Source: Gammaproteobacteria bacterium (GTDB lineage: Bacteria > Pseudomonadota > Gammaproteobacteria > Chromatiales > Chromatiaceae). From it: 47,711 nt of DNA. Below the pieces are notes generated by a model, which was not told where the DNA came from, did no database searches, and saw only the letters and a list, made by a program, of their open reading frames with translations. The stretch lies in assembly GCA_030066355.1 (NCBI GenBank), contig JASJBU010000004.1, positions 1-47,711 of the forward strand, read 5' to 3'. The translations under genes were made by a program, and so were the position numbers. Each line of letters begins with the position of its first letter. Position 1 is the stretch's first letter. This document shows, piece by piece, positions 16,857 through 26,356 of the stretch.

Positions 16857-18526
16857 TTTGGTTTCTTTTTACCATGCAGCAAAAGCTCCACTCGGGTGCC
16901 TTCACCAGGCTCACTTTCGATATTCAATTCGCCTTTGATCCGTCTGGCCCGCTCTTCCATGATCGACAGCCCGATGTGTTCGCCCGGGTTGCCTTTTGGC
17001 GTTACCCCCTCGAAACCGATCCCGTCATCCTCCACCAACAGGAGATAGCTGCCATCAGAGCGGCTCCTCAGCAGAACCCTGACGGTATGCGCCTGGGCAT
17101 GCTTGCGGATGTTCGCCAGGGACTCCTGAACAATGCGCAGGGCCTGCATCTCTGCTTTGCTGTCAAGCAAAGCCTTGCGGCAGTCGGACTGGAAGAAAGC
17201 GGAGATCCCCGTCTCTTGCCGGAAGCGTTCTACCAGCCTTTCCAGGGCGGTCACCAGACCGCGTTGGTCCAGGGGGGCTCGAAAGCTGTTGATCAATTCA
17301 CGCAATTCATCATGCGCCTCATCCAGGCCACTGTGAACCCGCGCCGCCTCTTGTTGCGCTTCGTCGGAGATCTCCCGCTTCTGCAGAGTTTCTTCCAGCA
17401 TGCGAACCTGAAAGCGCAGGCTGGCCAGAGTCTGGGCCAGCGAATCATGCAGCTCATGGGCCAGCGCCGTCCGCTCTTCAACAATGGAAAGCCGCATTGC
17501 CTCTGCGTCGGAACGCTGCTTGGCAACCGCCATGCCCAAATGCGCGCCGATGGCGTTCAGGATATCCAATACATCTTCCGGGCCGCCATAGATCCCGGGC
17601 TTTTCCACGTAGAGATGGTAGAAACCGAGGACATCGCCATGGTACCAGAGGGGCACGGAAACCCTTTCGAGTTCTTCACTGCTGTACATCCGCTGGCCAT
17701 TGCGCACCGAACAGGCCGCATGATCATGCTTGCAGAGGATGTCTCCCGGGGACAGCGTGATCCCGCACTGACAGAGTTTGACCGGACGCAGCTCCTCTTC
17801 TTGATACAGGACGTCGTGCTGATCGATACAACCGACCAACCGGACCCGGTCTTCCGGCAACACCAGGTGAACCGTTGCAGAACGCCCACTGACCATGCGT
17901 TTGAAGACCCGTAGATACTCGAGCAACAGGGCGTCCAGATCTTCTGCACGGTTGATCGCGGCCGCCACGTCGTAAAGTACCTGCAGGGAGGTCGTCTTCT
18001 GCGCCAGCCGCCAGGATTGCCGCGCAACACGCACCTCCATGTCTTCGTAGATGTCGGTCAGTTCCTCACTCAGACTGTCGATATCCCGGGCCATGCCACG
18101 CAATACGTCACTCTTGACCGGCGCAGGATTGATCAAGGGTTCCCCCTGACAGACCTGGGTAACGGTTTTCTCCAGGGTCGCGAGAGGCTGCAAAAACTGG
18201 GTCTGCAGGCTCGTCATCAGTAAGACCAAAGAGACCCCCGCAATGCCGATTGAGACCAGGATGAGCACCAGCAGGTAATCGGTGTCGGCGGTATGGGTCA
18301 TCAACAACACCACCGATACCAGCCCACACATGATAGCGAACACCAACAGTCCGACCGGCAACAGGAGATGCCCGGTAAACAGCAGGCGTAGAGTCGGCCA
18401 GCGTTTGAGGTGAAGGAATCGCCGCAGACCCATGGCGTCCGTTGCGGACTCTGCAGCAGGATGCTCGAATGAGACCGAAACGGTCGACGGGGCAGATTGT
18501 CTGTCAGTGACATTCATCGTCTTCAA
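16853..18526 (-). CDS. Sensor histidine kinase, HisKA_3 (NarX/NarQ-like) type, with a TM hairpin, a HAMP-like linker and a Cys-containing GAF-like module
   Basis: H-box HELHDSLAQTLASL. ATPase motifs IVQESLANIRKHA..VEDDGIGF..GLSIMEERA. The two TM segments are joined by a very short loop, so there is no periplasmic sensor domain. The track start is TTG; an ATG lies at 18517. Confidence 0.85.
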   Translation of the reverse strand: MKTMNVTDRQSAPSTVSVSFEHPAAESATDAMGLRRFLHLKRWPTLRLLFTGHLLLPVGLLVFAIMCGLVSVVLLMTHTADTDYLLVLILVSIGIAGVSLVLLMTSLQTQFLQPLATLEKTVTQVCQGEPLINPAPVKSDVLRGMARDIDSLSEELTDIYEDMEVRVARQSWRLAQKTTSLQVLYDVAAAINRAEDLDALLLEYLRVFKRMVSGRSATVHLVLPEDRVRLVGCIDQHDVLYQEEELRPVKLCQCGITLSPGDILCKHDHAACSVRNGQRMYSSEELERVSVPLWYHGDVLGFYHLYVEKPGIYGGPEDVLDILNAIGAHLGMAVAKQRSDAEAMRLSIVEERTALAHELHDSLAQTLASLRFQVRMLEETLQKREISDEAQQEAARVHSGLDEAHDELRELINSFRAPLDQRGLVTALERLVERFRQETGISAFFQSDCRKALLDSKAEMQALRIVQESLANIRKHAQAHTVRVLLRSRSDGSYLLLVEDDGIGFEGVTPKGNPGEHIGLSIMEERARRIKGELNIESEPGEGTRVELLLHGKKKPK

Positions 18527-18623
18527 AGTACTATGTTAACCCGCAAAAAGGATAAAAAAAACGTGTATTTACTGAGCTTGGGAAGCACTATCCCGCACCT
18601 GCCGATTGAACGCGCTGCGGCAC

Positions 18624-19766
18624 TCAGTCAGCGTCCCCCACCAGCTTTTCCCGCAGCCGAGCCAACTGCTGTTCGACCAGTGCCACACCCAGAGCGCGGC
18701 CCTCGAGACCCGCGTCTCGCAATGCGTTCACGTTGCTCCTGTTCACCACCTCGTCAGCCATTGCCAATCCTTGCTCGATTTCCACCGCCCGTGCATGCCG
18801 AAGGGATTGCGCCGCCTTGATAAAGGCCGCCAAACGCTGCGGCTGGTGCCCGGGTTTGAGCCGTTTGATGACCTCCAAGAGTGACGCAGCTCGGACCCCA
18901 TGGTCGAACCGGGGCAGCCATTGCACGAGATCCTCCAACTGCACCCTGGCTAGCTTGCCGACCCGCAGACCGCGCAGGAAGCGCTCCCTGTCCTGCGCAA
19001 TCCTTGCTGCCGGATACATGACCACGGCGAAACGTAGCTCAGGCTCAGCTGCAAGCTCTACGGCTCTTTTGAGCGCCGCCATGGCATCTGTCTCTCGCCC
19101 GGCCTGATGTGACAGCGGATTGCCGACCACCACCGATACCTCGGGCAACAATCTCTGCAGCGCACCACAGCGTTGCAGGACCTCGAAGAAACGCCAGGGT
19201 TGCGCCTCCTGCAGGGCCTTCCACATTTCCTGAAAGACCCGCTCCCGGGTGAGGCTGAGGAGATCATCGTCCCTGGCCATTTTCTGCATGAGCCCATGGG
19301 TACCATGGGCGATCCTGAAGCCCCACCGACCCAGCTTCGCGGCGAATCGGGCGATACGCAGCAGACGCACCGGGTCTTCGACAAACGCCGGAGTGATATG
19401 CCGCAACAAGCCCTCGTCCAGATCATCGCGACCGTTGCAGACATCGATCAACCGGTCTTGCTCATCCATCGCCAAGGCATTGATGGTCAGGTCCCGACGC
19501 AGCAGATCCTGTTCCAGACTGACATCCGGTCCGGCATGGATGCGAAACCCTTTGTAGCCCGGCCCGACCTTCTCTTCGGTGCGCGCCAGGGCATACTCCT
19601 CACCCGTCTTCGGGTGGAGGAAGACCGGAAAATCTGCGTCGACTCGGGTGAAGCCCGCGGCCAGCATCTCCGCCTCATCGGCACCTGCCACCACCCAATC
19701 CCGCTCTTGCACCGGCAGGTCGAGTAGGCGATCCCGCACCGCTCCGCCGACCAGATAGATCTTCAT
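18624..19766 (-). CDS. cca: CCA-adding tRNA nucleotidyltransferase
   Basis: MKIYLVGGAVRDRLLDLPVQERDWVV..RRDLTINALA. The start was set to the ATG at 19766, which overlaps the upstream ABC gene stop (ATGA). Confidence 0.9.
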   Translation of the reverse strand: MKIYLVGGAVRDRLLDLPVQERDWVVAGADEAEMLAAGFTRVDADFPVFLHPKTGEEYALARTEEKVGPGYKGFRIHAGPDVSLEQDLLRRDLTINALAMDEQDRLIDVCNGRDDLDEGLLRHITPAFVEDPVRLLRIARFAAKLGRWGFRIAHGTHGLMQKMARDDDLLSLTRERVFQEMWKALQEAQPWRFFEVLQRCGALQRLLPEVSVVVGNPLSHQAGRETDAMAALKRAVELAAEPELRFAVVMYPAARIAQDRERFLRGLRVGKLARVQLEDLVQWLPRFDHGVRAASLLEVIKRLKPGHQPQRLAAFIKAAQSLRHARAVEIEQGLAMADEVVNRSNVNALRDAGLEGRALGVALVEQQLARLREKLVGDAD

Positions 19767-21553
19767 ATCGAATCCCGTTCTTCCTGCTGGAGCTGCCACA
19801 TCTGCCCGTAAAGTCCCCCCTGCGCCAACAGCTCGCGGTGCGTGCCCCGCTCCCGGATGCGCCCTCGATCCATCACCAGGATGCGATCCGCATCCACCAC
19901 GGTGGAGAGCCGGTGGGCAATCACCAAGGTGGTATGGTCCCGGGCCACCTCTTTGAGGGTCTCCTGAATCGACTGTTCGGTCTTGCTGTCGAGAGAAGAA
20001 GTGGCCTCGTCGAAGACCAGGATACGTGGCCGTTTGAGAATCGCCCGGGCGATCGCAATGCGCTGCTTCTCACCGCCCGAGAGCTTCAGGCCCCTTTCCC
20101 CCACCACGGTATCATAGCCCTCGGGCAAGGATTCAATGAACTCGGCGATATGCGCCATGCGAGCGGCCGCCTTGATCTCCTCTCGAGTCGCCTGGGGTCG
20201 TCCGTAGGAAAGATTGTAGAGGATCGATTCATTGAACAGCACCGAATCCTGGGGCACGATGCCGATCACCTCCCGCAGGCTCCTGCGGGTCACCTCCCGC
20301 ACATCCTGGCCGTCCACCAGGACCCGGCCGGCAGTGACATCGTAGAAGCGGAACAGTAGCCTCGACAGAGTCGACTTGCCCGCCCCGCTGTGCCCCACTA
20401 CCGCCACCTTCTCCCCAGGCTGTACGCTGAAATCGACCTGATGCAGGATCTGCCGCTCCGGTTGATAGGCGAAATCCACCTGCTCGAAACGCACTGCCCC
20501 CACCTTCAGCACGAGACTGCTGGCGTCATCACGGTCGGTGATCTCCGGTTCCCGCTCCAACAGTTTGAAGATCAGGTCCATGTCGGCCAGGGAGTATTTG
20601 ATCTGGCGATAAACGATGCCGAGAAAGCCCAGGGGGATGAAGAGCTGCAGCATGAAGGCATTGACCAGCACCAGATCGCCGATCGTCATGCTGCCGTCGA
20701 CCACCCCATCCGCTGCGAATATCATGATGAAGGTGACGCCGATGGCGATGATCGCCCCCTGGCCGAAATTGAGCAGGGACATGGAGGTCTGACTCTTCAC
20801 CGCATTCTCCTCCCAGTTCTGCAGGGTCTCGTCATAGCGCCGCAGTTCCAGAGGCTCGTTGCCAAAGTACTTTACGGTCTCGTAGTTGATCAGGCTGTCA
20901 AAGGCCAGACTGTTGGCCTTGGAGTCCAGACGGTTCATGGCGTGCCGGTATTCCATGCGCCATTCGGTAATCGCCAAAGTAAAACCGATATACACGGCCA
21001 CGGTACCGAAAGTCACCAGGGTGAAGATGATGTCGTACTGGGTGAGCAGCACCACCGCCACCAGGCTGAACTCCACCAGCATCGGCAGGATGCTGAACAC
21101 CATGTAGTTGAGGATCGAACTGACCGAGCGGGTGCCCCGCTCCAGGTCCCGGCTGATCGCGCCGGTCTTGCGCTGCAGATGAAAACGTAGCGAGAGGTCA
21201 TGCAGATGGCTGAGCACCCGGTTGGAAAGCCTGCGCATGGCCCGGTAACGCACCCGGGCGAACACCGCATCCCGCAACTCGTTGAACAGGGAACTGCTGA
21301 GGCGCAGCAAGCCATACGCCAACAACAGAAACAGGGGCAGTACCAGCAGCGTCTTCTCACCCTGCTCCAGTTGATCGACGATCTGTTTCAGGATCATCGG
21401 GATCCCGACATTGGCCAGCTTGGCCAGCACCAGACAGCCCAGGGCAAACAGCGCGCGGCCCCGATACTCCCAGAGAAAGGGCAACATGTTGCGCAGGTTG
21501 TGCAGGTCGCGCCGGTCCTTGTGGACCCGGGCATCGGCTATGACATGTGACAT
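19763..21553 (-). CDS. ABC exporter, fused permease/ATPase (Atm1/HMT1-like)
   Basis: Six-TM N-terminal half. Walker A GHSGAGKST, signature LSGGEKQRIAIARA, Walker B ILVFDEATSSLD. The N-terminus LPFLWEYRGRA is typical of the Atm1-like subfamily. The ATG start is at 21553 (the track uses an upstream TTG). Confidence 0.9.
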   Translation of the reverse strand: MSHVIADARVHKDRRDLHNLRNMLPFLWEYRGRALFALGCLVLAKLANVGIPMILKQIVDQLEQGEKTLLVLPLFLLLAYGLLRLSSSLFNELRDAVFARVRYRAMRRLSNRVLSHLHDLSLRFHLQRKTGAISRDLERGTRSVSSILNYMVFSILPMLVEFSLVAVVLLTQYDIIFTLVTFGTVAVYIGFTLAITEWRMEYRHAMNRLDSKANSLAFDSLINYETVKYFGNEPLELRRYDETLQNWEENAVKSQTSMSLLNFGQGAIIAIGVTFIMIFAADGVVDGSMTIGDLVLVNAFMLQLFIPLGFLGIVYRQIKYSLADMDLIFKLLEREPEITDRDDASSLVLKVGAVRFEQVDFAYQPERQILHQVDFSVQPGEKVAVVGHSGAGKSTLSRLLFRFYDVTAGRVLVDGQDVREVTRRSLREVIGIVPQDSVLFNESILYNLSYGRPQATREEIKAAARMAHIAEFIESLPEGYDTVVGERGLKLSGGEKQRIAIARAILKRPRILVFDEATSSLDSKTEQSIQETLKEVARDHTTLVIAHRLSTVVDADRILVMDRGRIRERGTHRELLAQGGLYGQMWQLQQEERDSI

Positions 21554-21723
21554 TAAAACAGCACCTACCCAGGACAACTGGGGAAACCGCCGGTTAAAAT
21601 CGGTTAATATTACCGGATTGGGGGCCGTAAGCGCAGGATCACCGGTTTTTTCCGTGGGAACGATCTGTTCGATCCCAGGATAATCCTCGCTTTAGCCGAT
21701 CCGACAACAGTGAAGCCAGAACT

Positions 21724-22080
21724 ATGAGCAACGATTGTAGCTACAATGAACTCTACCCACTGCAGGTCCTGGATGACAGCATGGAACCGGAATTTCCGAA
21801 AAAATGCATCATCGTCATCGAGCCTTCCGAAGTCTGTGCGACGGGTGCCTATGTGTTGGCCGAGGTCAATGGAGAGCGCTGGTTTCGGCAGTATCAGGCG
21901 GGGTCGGACGGCGTCAAACGGCTGGTTGCCTTGAAGGGGGGCTATGCGGATATCGCCCTGGACGGTCAGGAATTCAAGGTGGTAGGGGTGATCGTACAGC
22001 GCAATATCGGACGCAAGGTCAAACACTACCACCCCTATGTACCTGGCGGTGAAGCCCCGACACCCATCGAACTGAACTGA
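21724..22080 (+). CDS. Stand-alone S24 (LexA/UmuD-like) peptidase-fold protein
   Basis: 118 aa. LQVLDDSMEPEFPKKCIIVIEP..GAYVLAEVNGERWFRQY..VVGVIVQ follows the S24 pattern (GDSMEP motif region). There is no DNA-binding domain. Confidence 0.65.
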   Translation: MSNDCSYNELYPLQVLDDSMEPEFPKKCIIVIEPSEVCATGAYVLAEVNGERWFRQYQAGSDGVKRLVALKGGYADIALDGQEFKVVGVIVQRNIGRKVKHYHPYVPGGEAPTPIELN

Positions 22081-22106
22081 ATCTTCCATTCCGGTCCGAG
22101 GTTGTC

Positions 22107-23165
22107 ATGAGCGCGATAACGCATGCTCACCTGCTGCTGAGCTGTCTGACCATCCTCGCAATCAACCTCTCCTGCAGCGAAATCGGTCAGGAGGGCGGTA
22201 AGCCAAGTAAAAAAACCCGCGCCCCCAGCCCCCATCTGGTCGCCACGGAGGTCCTTGCCTATCGGGAGGCCGGTCTCAGCCACGCGCGCAGCGGCACCCT
22301 CAAGGCCCGGCAATCGGTGCGCATCTTCAATCAGGAAGAGGGGCGCATCACCGAGTTGCCCTTGTATGAAGGGGACCGGGTGACCGCCGGGCAACGACTG
22401 GTCCGCTTGGAAGACGACCGGCTCAGGGCCGAGCTCGAGAAGGCCCGGGCAACCCGTGAGCAGGCCCACAGCGATCTGCAACGCCTGACCGGACTCACTA
22501 AACGCAAAGCGATCTCTGACGATGAGCTGGCACGGGCCAATACGGCCTTGGACGTCGCCCAGGCGGAGGAAAAACTGCTGCAGATCCGTCTCGGGTATAC
22601 CCAGATCGAAGCCCCTTTCGATGGCTTGATCAGCCAGCGACTGGTGGAACCGGGAGATGTGGTGCCGAGGCATACCCATCTGTTGAGTCTGATCGACCCG
22701 GCATCCTTGATCACCGAGATCCTGGTCTCCGACCTACTTCTCCCCCGGCTCAGCTTGGGCGATACTGCCAGCGTGCGCATCGATGGCCTGTCGGGGGAAC
22801 CTTTTCCCGGACGGATTCTACGCATCCACCCCGAGCTGGACGCAAAGACCCGCATGGGTACTGTCGAGATCCTGCTCGATCCCGTCCCCCCCGGCGCCAG
22901 ACCCGGTCAACTCGCCCGGGTCACCCTGAATACGGCCAGCATGCAGCGCTTGATGGTGCCATTCCAGGCCCTGCAACGGGACCGTGACGGGGAGTATGTC
23001 TATCGTCTGGATGAGAACAACCGGGTTCATCGTGCCCCAGTCAACAGTGGACTGCGCATTGCCGACAGGATCGAGATCATCGATGGGCTCTCCACCGGAC
23101 AGAGATTGGTGGTCAAGGGGTTTCTCGGACTGCGTGAGGGCACACAGGTCGAACCGGTGGAATGA
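22107..23165 (+). CDS. RND efflux periplasmic adaptor (membrane fusion protein)
   Basis: 352 aa. Coiled-coil hairpin DDRLRAELEKARATREQAHSDLQRL..ALDVAQAEEKLLQIRL. Lipoyl-like IEAPFDGLISQRLVEPGDVV. C-terminal beta-barrel region. Confidence 0.85.
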   Translation: MSAITHAHLLLSCLTILAINLSCSEIGQEGGKPSKKTRAPSPHLVATEVLAYREAGLSHARSGTLKARQSVRIFNQEEGRITELPLYEGDRVTAGQRLVRLEDDRLRAELEKARATREQAHSDLQRLTGLTKRKAISDDELARANTALDVAQAEEKLLQIRLGYTQIEAPFDGLISQRLVEPGDVVPRHTHLLSLIDPASLITEILVSDLLLPRLSLGDTASVRIDGLSGEPFPGRILRIHPELDAKTRMGTVEILLDPVPPGARPGQLARVTLNTASMQRLMVPFQALQRDRDGEYVYRLDENNRVHRAPVNSGLRIADRIEIIDGLSTGQRLVVKGFLGLREGTQVEPVE

Positions 23166-23258
23166 ATCACCCTGCACAGTCAGACAATCGCGGTATTTGA
23201 GATGCACCCTGGATCGGCCGTACAATATTCGTACAAACCAAAGCAGAGGAGTGAAGCC

Positions 23259-23492
23259 ATGAACATCGACCTGGCAGATGTCACCATTCACGTGGATGAA
23301 ACCCTGGATGCAACCGGACTCAGCCAACTCGACGCGGCCTTCCGGGAAAAGGATGGCGTCGTCTCGGTGCATGTCGACGAGAAACGTCCCCATCTGTTCC
23401 TTCTGGAATACAATCCGGTGAAGGTCAACAGCAGTGACCTGCTGAAGGTGGTGCAACTCAAGGGTATGCATGGCGAGTTGGTAGGGCTCTGA
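23259..23492 (+). CDS. Small hypothetical protein with a ferredoxin-like/HMA-like pattern but no CxxC
   Basis: 77 aa from the ATG behind RBS gaggag. VTIHVDETLDATGLSQLDAAFREKDGVVSVHVDEKRPHLFLLEYNP..LLKVVQ resembles a beta-alpha-beta-beta-alpha-beta metal-chaperone fold. It lacks metal-binding cysteines. Confidence 0.45.
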   Translation: MNIDLADVTIHVDETLDATGLSQLDAAFREKDGVVSVHVDEKRPHLFLLEYNPVKVNSSDLLKVVQLKGMHGELVGL

Positions 23493-23666
23493 GAGTCCAG
23501 CCAGACAAACCAGCCGGTTGAGTCGATCATGGCTTGAGAGTAACCTCTCAGCCATTGCCGTGCCATTTCGTTCGCGGATCATCCGCGGTTTCACCGGGCA
23601 ACGGCTTCAACCCGCTTCACTGCCCTCAAGCACTCGAGTCTCGATATTATTCAGGAGCTACCCAGC

Positions 23667-24794
23667 ATGCAGCGTGTCACGATCGTCGGCTGTGGTTTTG
23701 CCGCATTGACAGCGGTAAAAACTCTCCGTTCGCAGAGTCCTGACCTGGAGATCACACTGGTCAGTCCCCGCGCGGAATTCCACTATTATCCGGGCTCTAT
23801 CTGGATACCCTCTGGCATCCGCGAACCTGAAGACCTGATCATACCCCTGGAGAACTTCTTCCGTCGCATGCGGGTAATTCACCGCACGGCCGAGGCGACC
23901 GGCCTGTCTGATGATGGACGGACCCTATTCACCAGCGACGGCGAAATCGAGAACGACGGGCTGATCATCTGTTCCGGCGGTAGATTCATTAAGAAATTAC
24001 CGGGTATCGAACATGCCATCACCCCTTGTGAAGGGATCGACGCCACCGTACGCATTCGTGAGCGCCTGCGGGCCCTGCAAGGTGGTACCATCGCCATCGG
24101 CTTTGCCGGCAACCCGAAGGAACCCAGCGCCATGCGCGGCGGGCCGATGTTTGAATTTCTCTTCGGTATCGACCAACAACTGCGCCAAGAGGGTCGTCGG
24201 GACAAATTCAAACTGGTGTTTTTCACTCCGGCGCAAAGCCCAGGCCAGCGCCTCGGCCCCAAGGCGGTGCAGGGTTTGATCCAGGAGATGGAGAAACGCG
24301 GTATCGAGACCCATCTGGGGCACAAGATGAAAGGCTTCAGCGCGAACAGCGTGACCACCGAAGGGGGCAGCTTCGATGCGGATCTGATACTTTTCATGCC
24401 GGGCATGACCGGGAATCAGTGGTTCGACAACACCGAGCTACCCCGCTCGGAGGGCGGACTACTCCAGGCCGATGCACAATGCCGCGTGACCGGCCTGGAG
24501 CAGGTCTATGTAGCGGGTGATTCCGGAAGCTTCCCCGGCCCCGAGTGGATGCCGAAACAGGCGCACATGGCGGATTTGCAGGCAGTGGCTGCGGCCAAGA
24601 ATCTACTGACCGAATTCACCGGCAAACAACCCACCGAGACCTACAAGGTGGAACTGGTCTGTATCGTCGACAGCCACAACACCGGTATGCTGGTGGCAAG
24701 AACGCAAAACCGCAATATCGTGATGCCCAGTATGCGCATCTTCCACTGGTTGAAACGCTTCTTTGAGTGGTGGTACCTGCGCCAGTACCGTTAA
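23667..24794 (+). CDS. FAD-dependent pyridine-nucleotide-disulfide oxidoreductase, sulfide:quinone oxidoreductase / NDH-2-like
   Basis: 375 aa. N-terminal Rossmann VTIVGCGFAALTAVKTL. A second dinucleotide motif, VYVAGDSG. Amphipathic aromatic C-terminal tail IFHWLKRFFEWWYLRQYR, typical of monotopic membrane flavoproteins. Confidence 0.75.
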   Translation: MQRVTIVGCGFAALTAVKTLRSQSPDLEITLVSPRAEFHYYPGSIWIPSGIREPEDLIIPLENFFRRMRVIHRTAEATGLSDDGRTLFTSDGEIENDGLIICSGGRFIKKLPGIEHAITPCEGIDATVRIRERLRALQGGTIAIGFAGNPKEPSAMRGGPMFEFLFGIDQQLRQEGRRDKFKLVFFTPAQSPGQRLGPKAVQGLIQEMEKRGIETHLGHKMKGFSANSVTTEGGSFDADLILFMPGMTGNQWFDNTELPRSEGGLLQADAQCRVTGLEQVYVAGDSGSFPGPEWMPKQAHMADLQAVAAAKNLLTEFTGKQPTETYKVELVCIVDSHNTGMLVARTQNRNIVMPSMRIFHWLKRFFEWWYLRQYR

Positions 24795-24832
24795 GGATCA
24801 CGGCTTGAGCATCCGGCAGCGTAAAACGAGGC

Positions 24833-26356
24833 CTAAAAAAGCTCCACCGAGGATGCCGACCCAAGTTTGGCATCCTGCTGTGTCTCCAGGCGACGTTTCT
24901 CCTCCACCATCTGGGTGATGGTTTCGATCAGCAGGGAACTAGCCTGCTCCATCTTCTGGAAACCCACAAAGATTGCATCACGCAGGGTTTCATCCCCATG
25001 CCAGTCCTCACTGAACAGTTGCATCACGCTGTGTGCGCTCTGGTGCACCTGTTCATGCGGTGATTGAATGGAAGGATACGAGGGCAGATGATTGAAATCA
25101 TTCAGACCATCGGCCGATTGGTACCACTTCCCGAAGCGGCATTGGGTGTGATTCAGACTGGCCGCCTGCCATTCATGGCTGCCTTCACCCTCTTCCATGG
25201 AGCGGTAGACGTTTTGGAGATAGAGCATATGATCGATCTTAACCAGAGATGCGGTACTGATGGCCTTGGCAAAACCAATTGTTTCATTAGTGGACTGGGC
25301 CGCATCGGCCACCTTGTTGAAGTCCGACTCGAAGTTGCCGATGACTTCCTGTGATTGGTCAGCCATCTCCACCATGGAGTGGGCATTCTCTGACATCTCC
25401 TTGGTCGCAGCGGAGAATCCCTGAATGATTTCCTCGATGCTGCCGGCCGCCTGTTTGGTGTTCTCCGCAAGCTTTTTGACCTCGTCAGCCACCACGGCGA
25501 AACCACGCCCATGCTCACCGGCCCGGGCCGCCTCGATGGCCGCATTCAGCGCCAGCAGGTTGGTCTGGTCGGCGATCTGAGCGATCAGCGACAAGGCGTC
25601 GATCACCTCGAAGCTACGCTCATTGAGGCTGTTGGAGGATTCCTGAATCTGCCCGATATTCTGCACCAGGCCGTTCAACTGGCCGAGCACATTACCAATC
25701 GAATTCCGTCCGGTCAGCGCAGTATCCGCTGCATGTCGTGAAATACCCTCGACATGCTTCATGTGCCCGGACATCTCCAGCAGATCATTCTGCGAGAGGG
25801 TCAGATTATCGATGAGAGACTTGGTTTTCAGCGCTGAGAGCTTGCCAACAAACAAATCGACCTCTCGCCGATCGGCATTCGCTGCCATCGCATCCAGCGA
25901 CAGATTGATACGTTCCAGGGCCTTCTGATAGGGGCCCTGCAGACCACCGGACAGACACTTTCGATGAAACCGATTCTGTTGCGCCATTTCAAAGGCCGCA
26001 CTGACCTCTTTGAAGAAGGCTTCCTCATGATCGCGCCCCTCATTCAGATCCCAGGCGAGCATCGCAAGTGGGTGGCGCTCGGGTATCGAGGTGATCCGAT
26101 GCTGCAGTTCACCCTCTCTGATGCACTCCCCCATGACACGGATCTTATCGATCAGAACCTGTTCTTCGCGCGTGGCACGATACAGCAAGCCACCCAAAAG
26201 CGCTGCCAGCACGGAACCGGCCACTGCTTCCGGGGTGATGCCCTGACGCAGAATCCCGACGACGATCATCACTGTCAGCAGTCCAAAGGGCAGCCAACTG
26301 AGGACGCGAACGTTAGATTTCAAGGACGAAATGCTCATAATCTGATTTACGTGCAC
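24833..26356 (-). CDS. Methyl-accepting chemotaxis protein with an N-terminal TM hairpin and a C-terminal chemoreceptor zinc-binding (CZB) domain
   Basis: Signalling hairpin [38 protein letters not shown]. The C-terminus [28 protein letters not shown] fits the CZB H-x3-C..GKWY..H pattern. The track start is GTG at 26356; an ATG lies at 26338. Confidence 0.85.
   Translation of the reverse strand: MHVNQIMSISSLKSNVRVLSWLPFGLLTVMIVVGILRQGITPEAVAGSVLAALLGGLLYRATREEQVLIDKIRVMGECIREGELQHRITSIPERHPLAMLAWDLNEGRDHEEAFFKEVSAAFEMAQQNRFHRKCLSGGLQGPYQKALERINLSLDAMAANADRREVDLFVGKLSALKTKSLIDNLTLSQNDLLEMSGHMKHVEGISRHAADTALTGRNSIGNVLGQLNGLVQNIGQIQESSNSLNERSFEVIDALSLIAQIADQTNLLALNAAIEAARAGEHGRGFAVVADEVKKLAENTKQAAGSIEEIIQGFSAATKEMSENAHSMVEMADQSQEVIGNFESDFNKVADAAQSTNETIGFAKAISTASLVKIDHMLYLQNVYRSMEEGEGSHEWQAASLNHTQCRFGKWYQSADGLNDFNHLPSYPSIQSPHEQVHQSAHSVMQLFSEDWHGDETLRDAIFVGFQKMEQASSLLIETITQMVEEKRRLETQQDAKLGSASSVELF

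Noticed and set aside
16257-17914. Plus-strand ORFs of 263 aa and 346 aa antisense to the response regulator and histidine kinase
   Set aside because: The minus-strand products carry unambiguous REC/HTH and H-box/ATPase motifs. The plus-strand translations have none.
23166-23258. Inverted repeats marking the proposed inversion breakpoints (compared with 31299-31415)
   Set aside because: Visual comparison of the two junction regions showed no convincing inverted-repeat similarity. The inversion idea rests only on gene order.
22035-23594. Minus-strand ORFs (214, 174 and 258 aa) across the S24, adaptor and small-protein genes
   Set aside because: They are shadow ORFs in high-GC coding DNA. The plus-strand genes have recognisable families and ribosome-binding sites.
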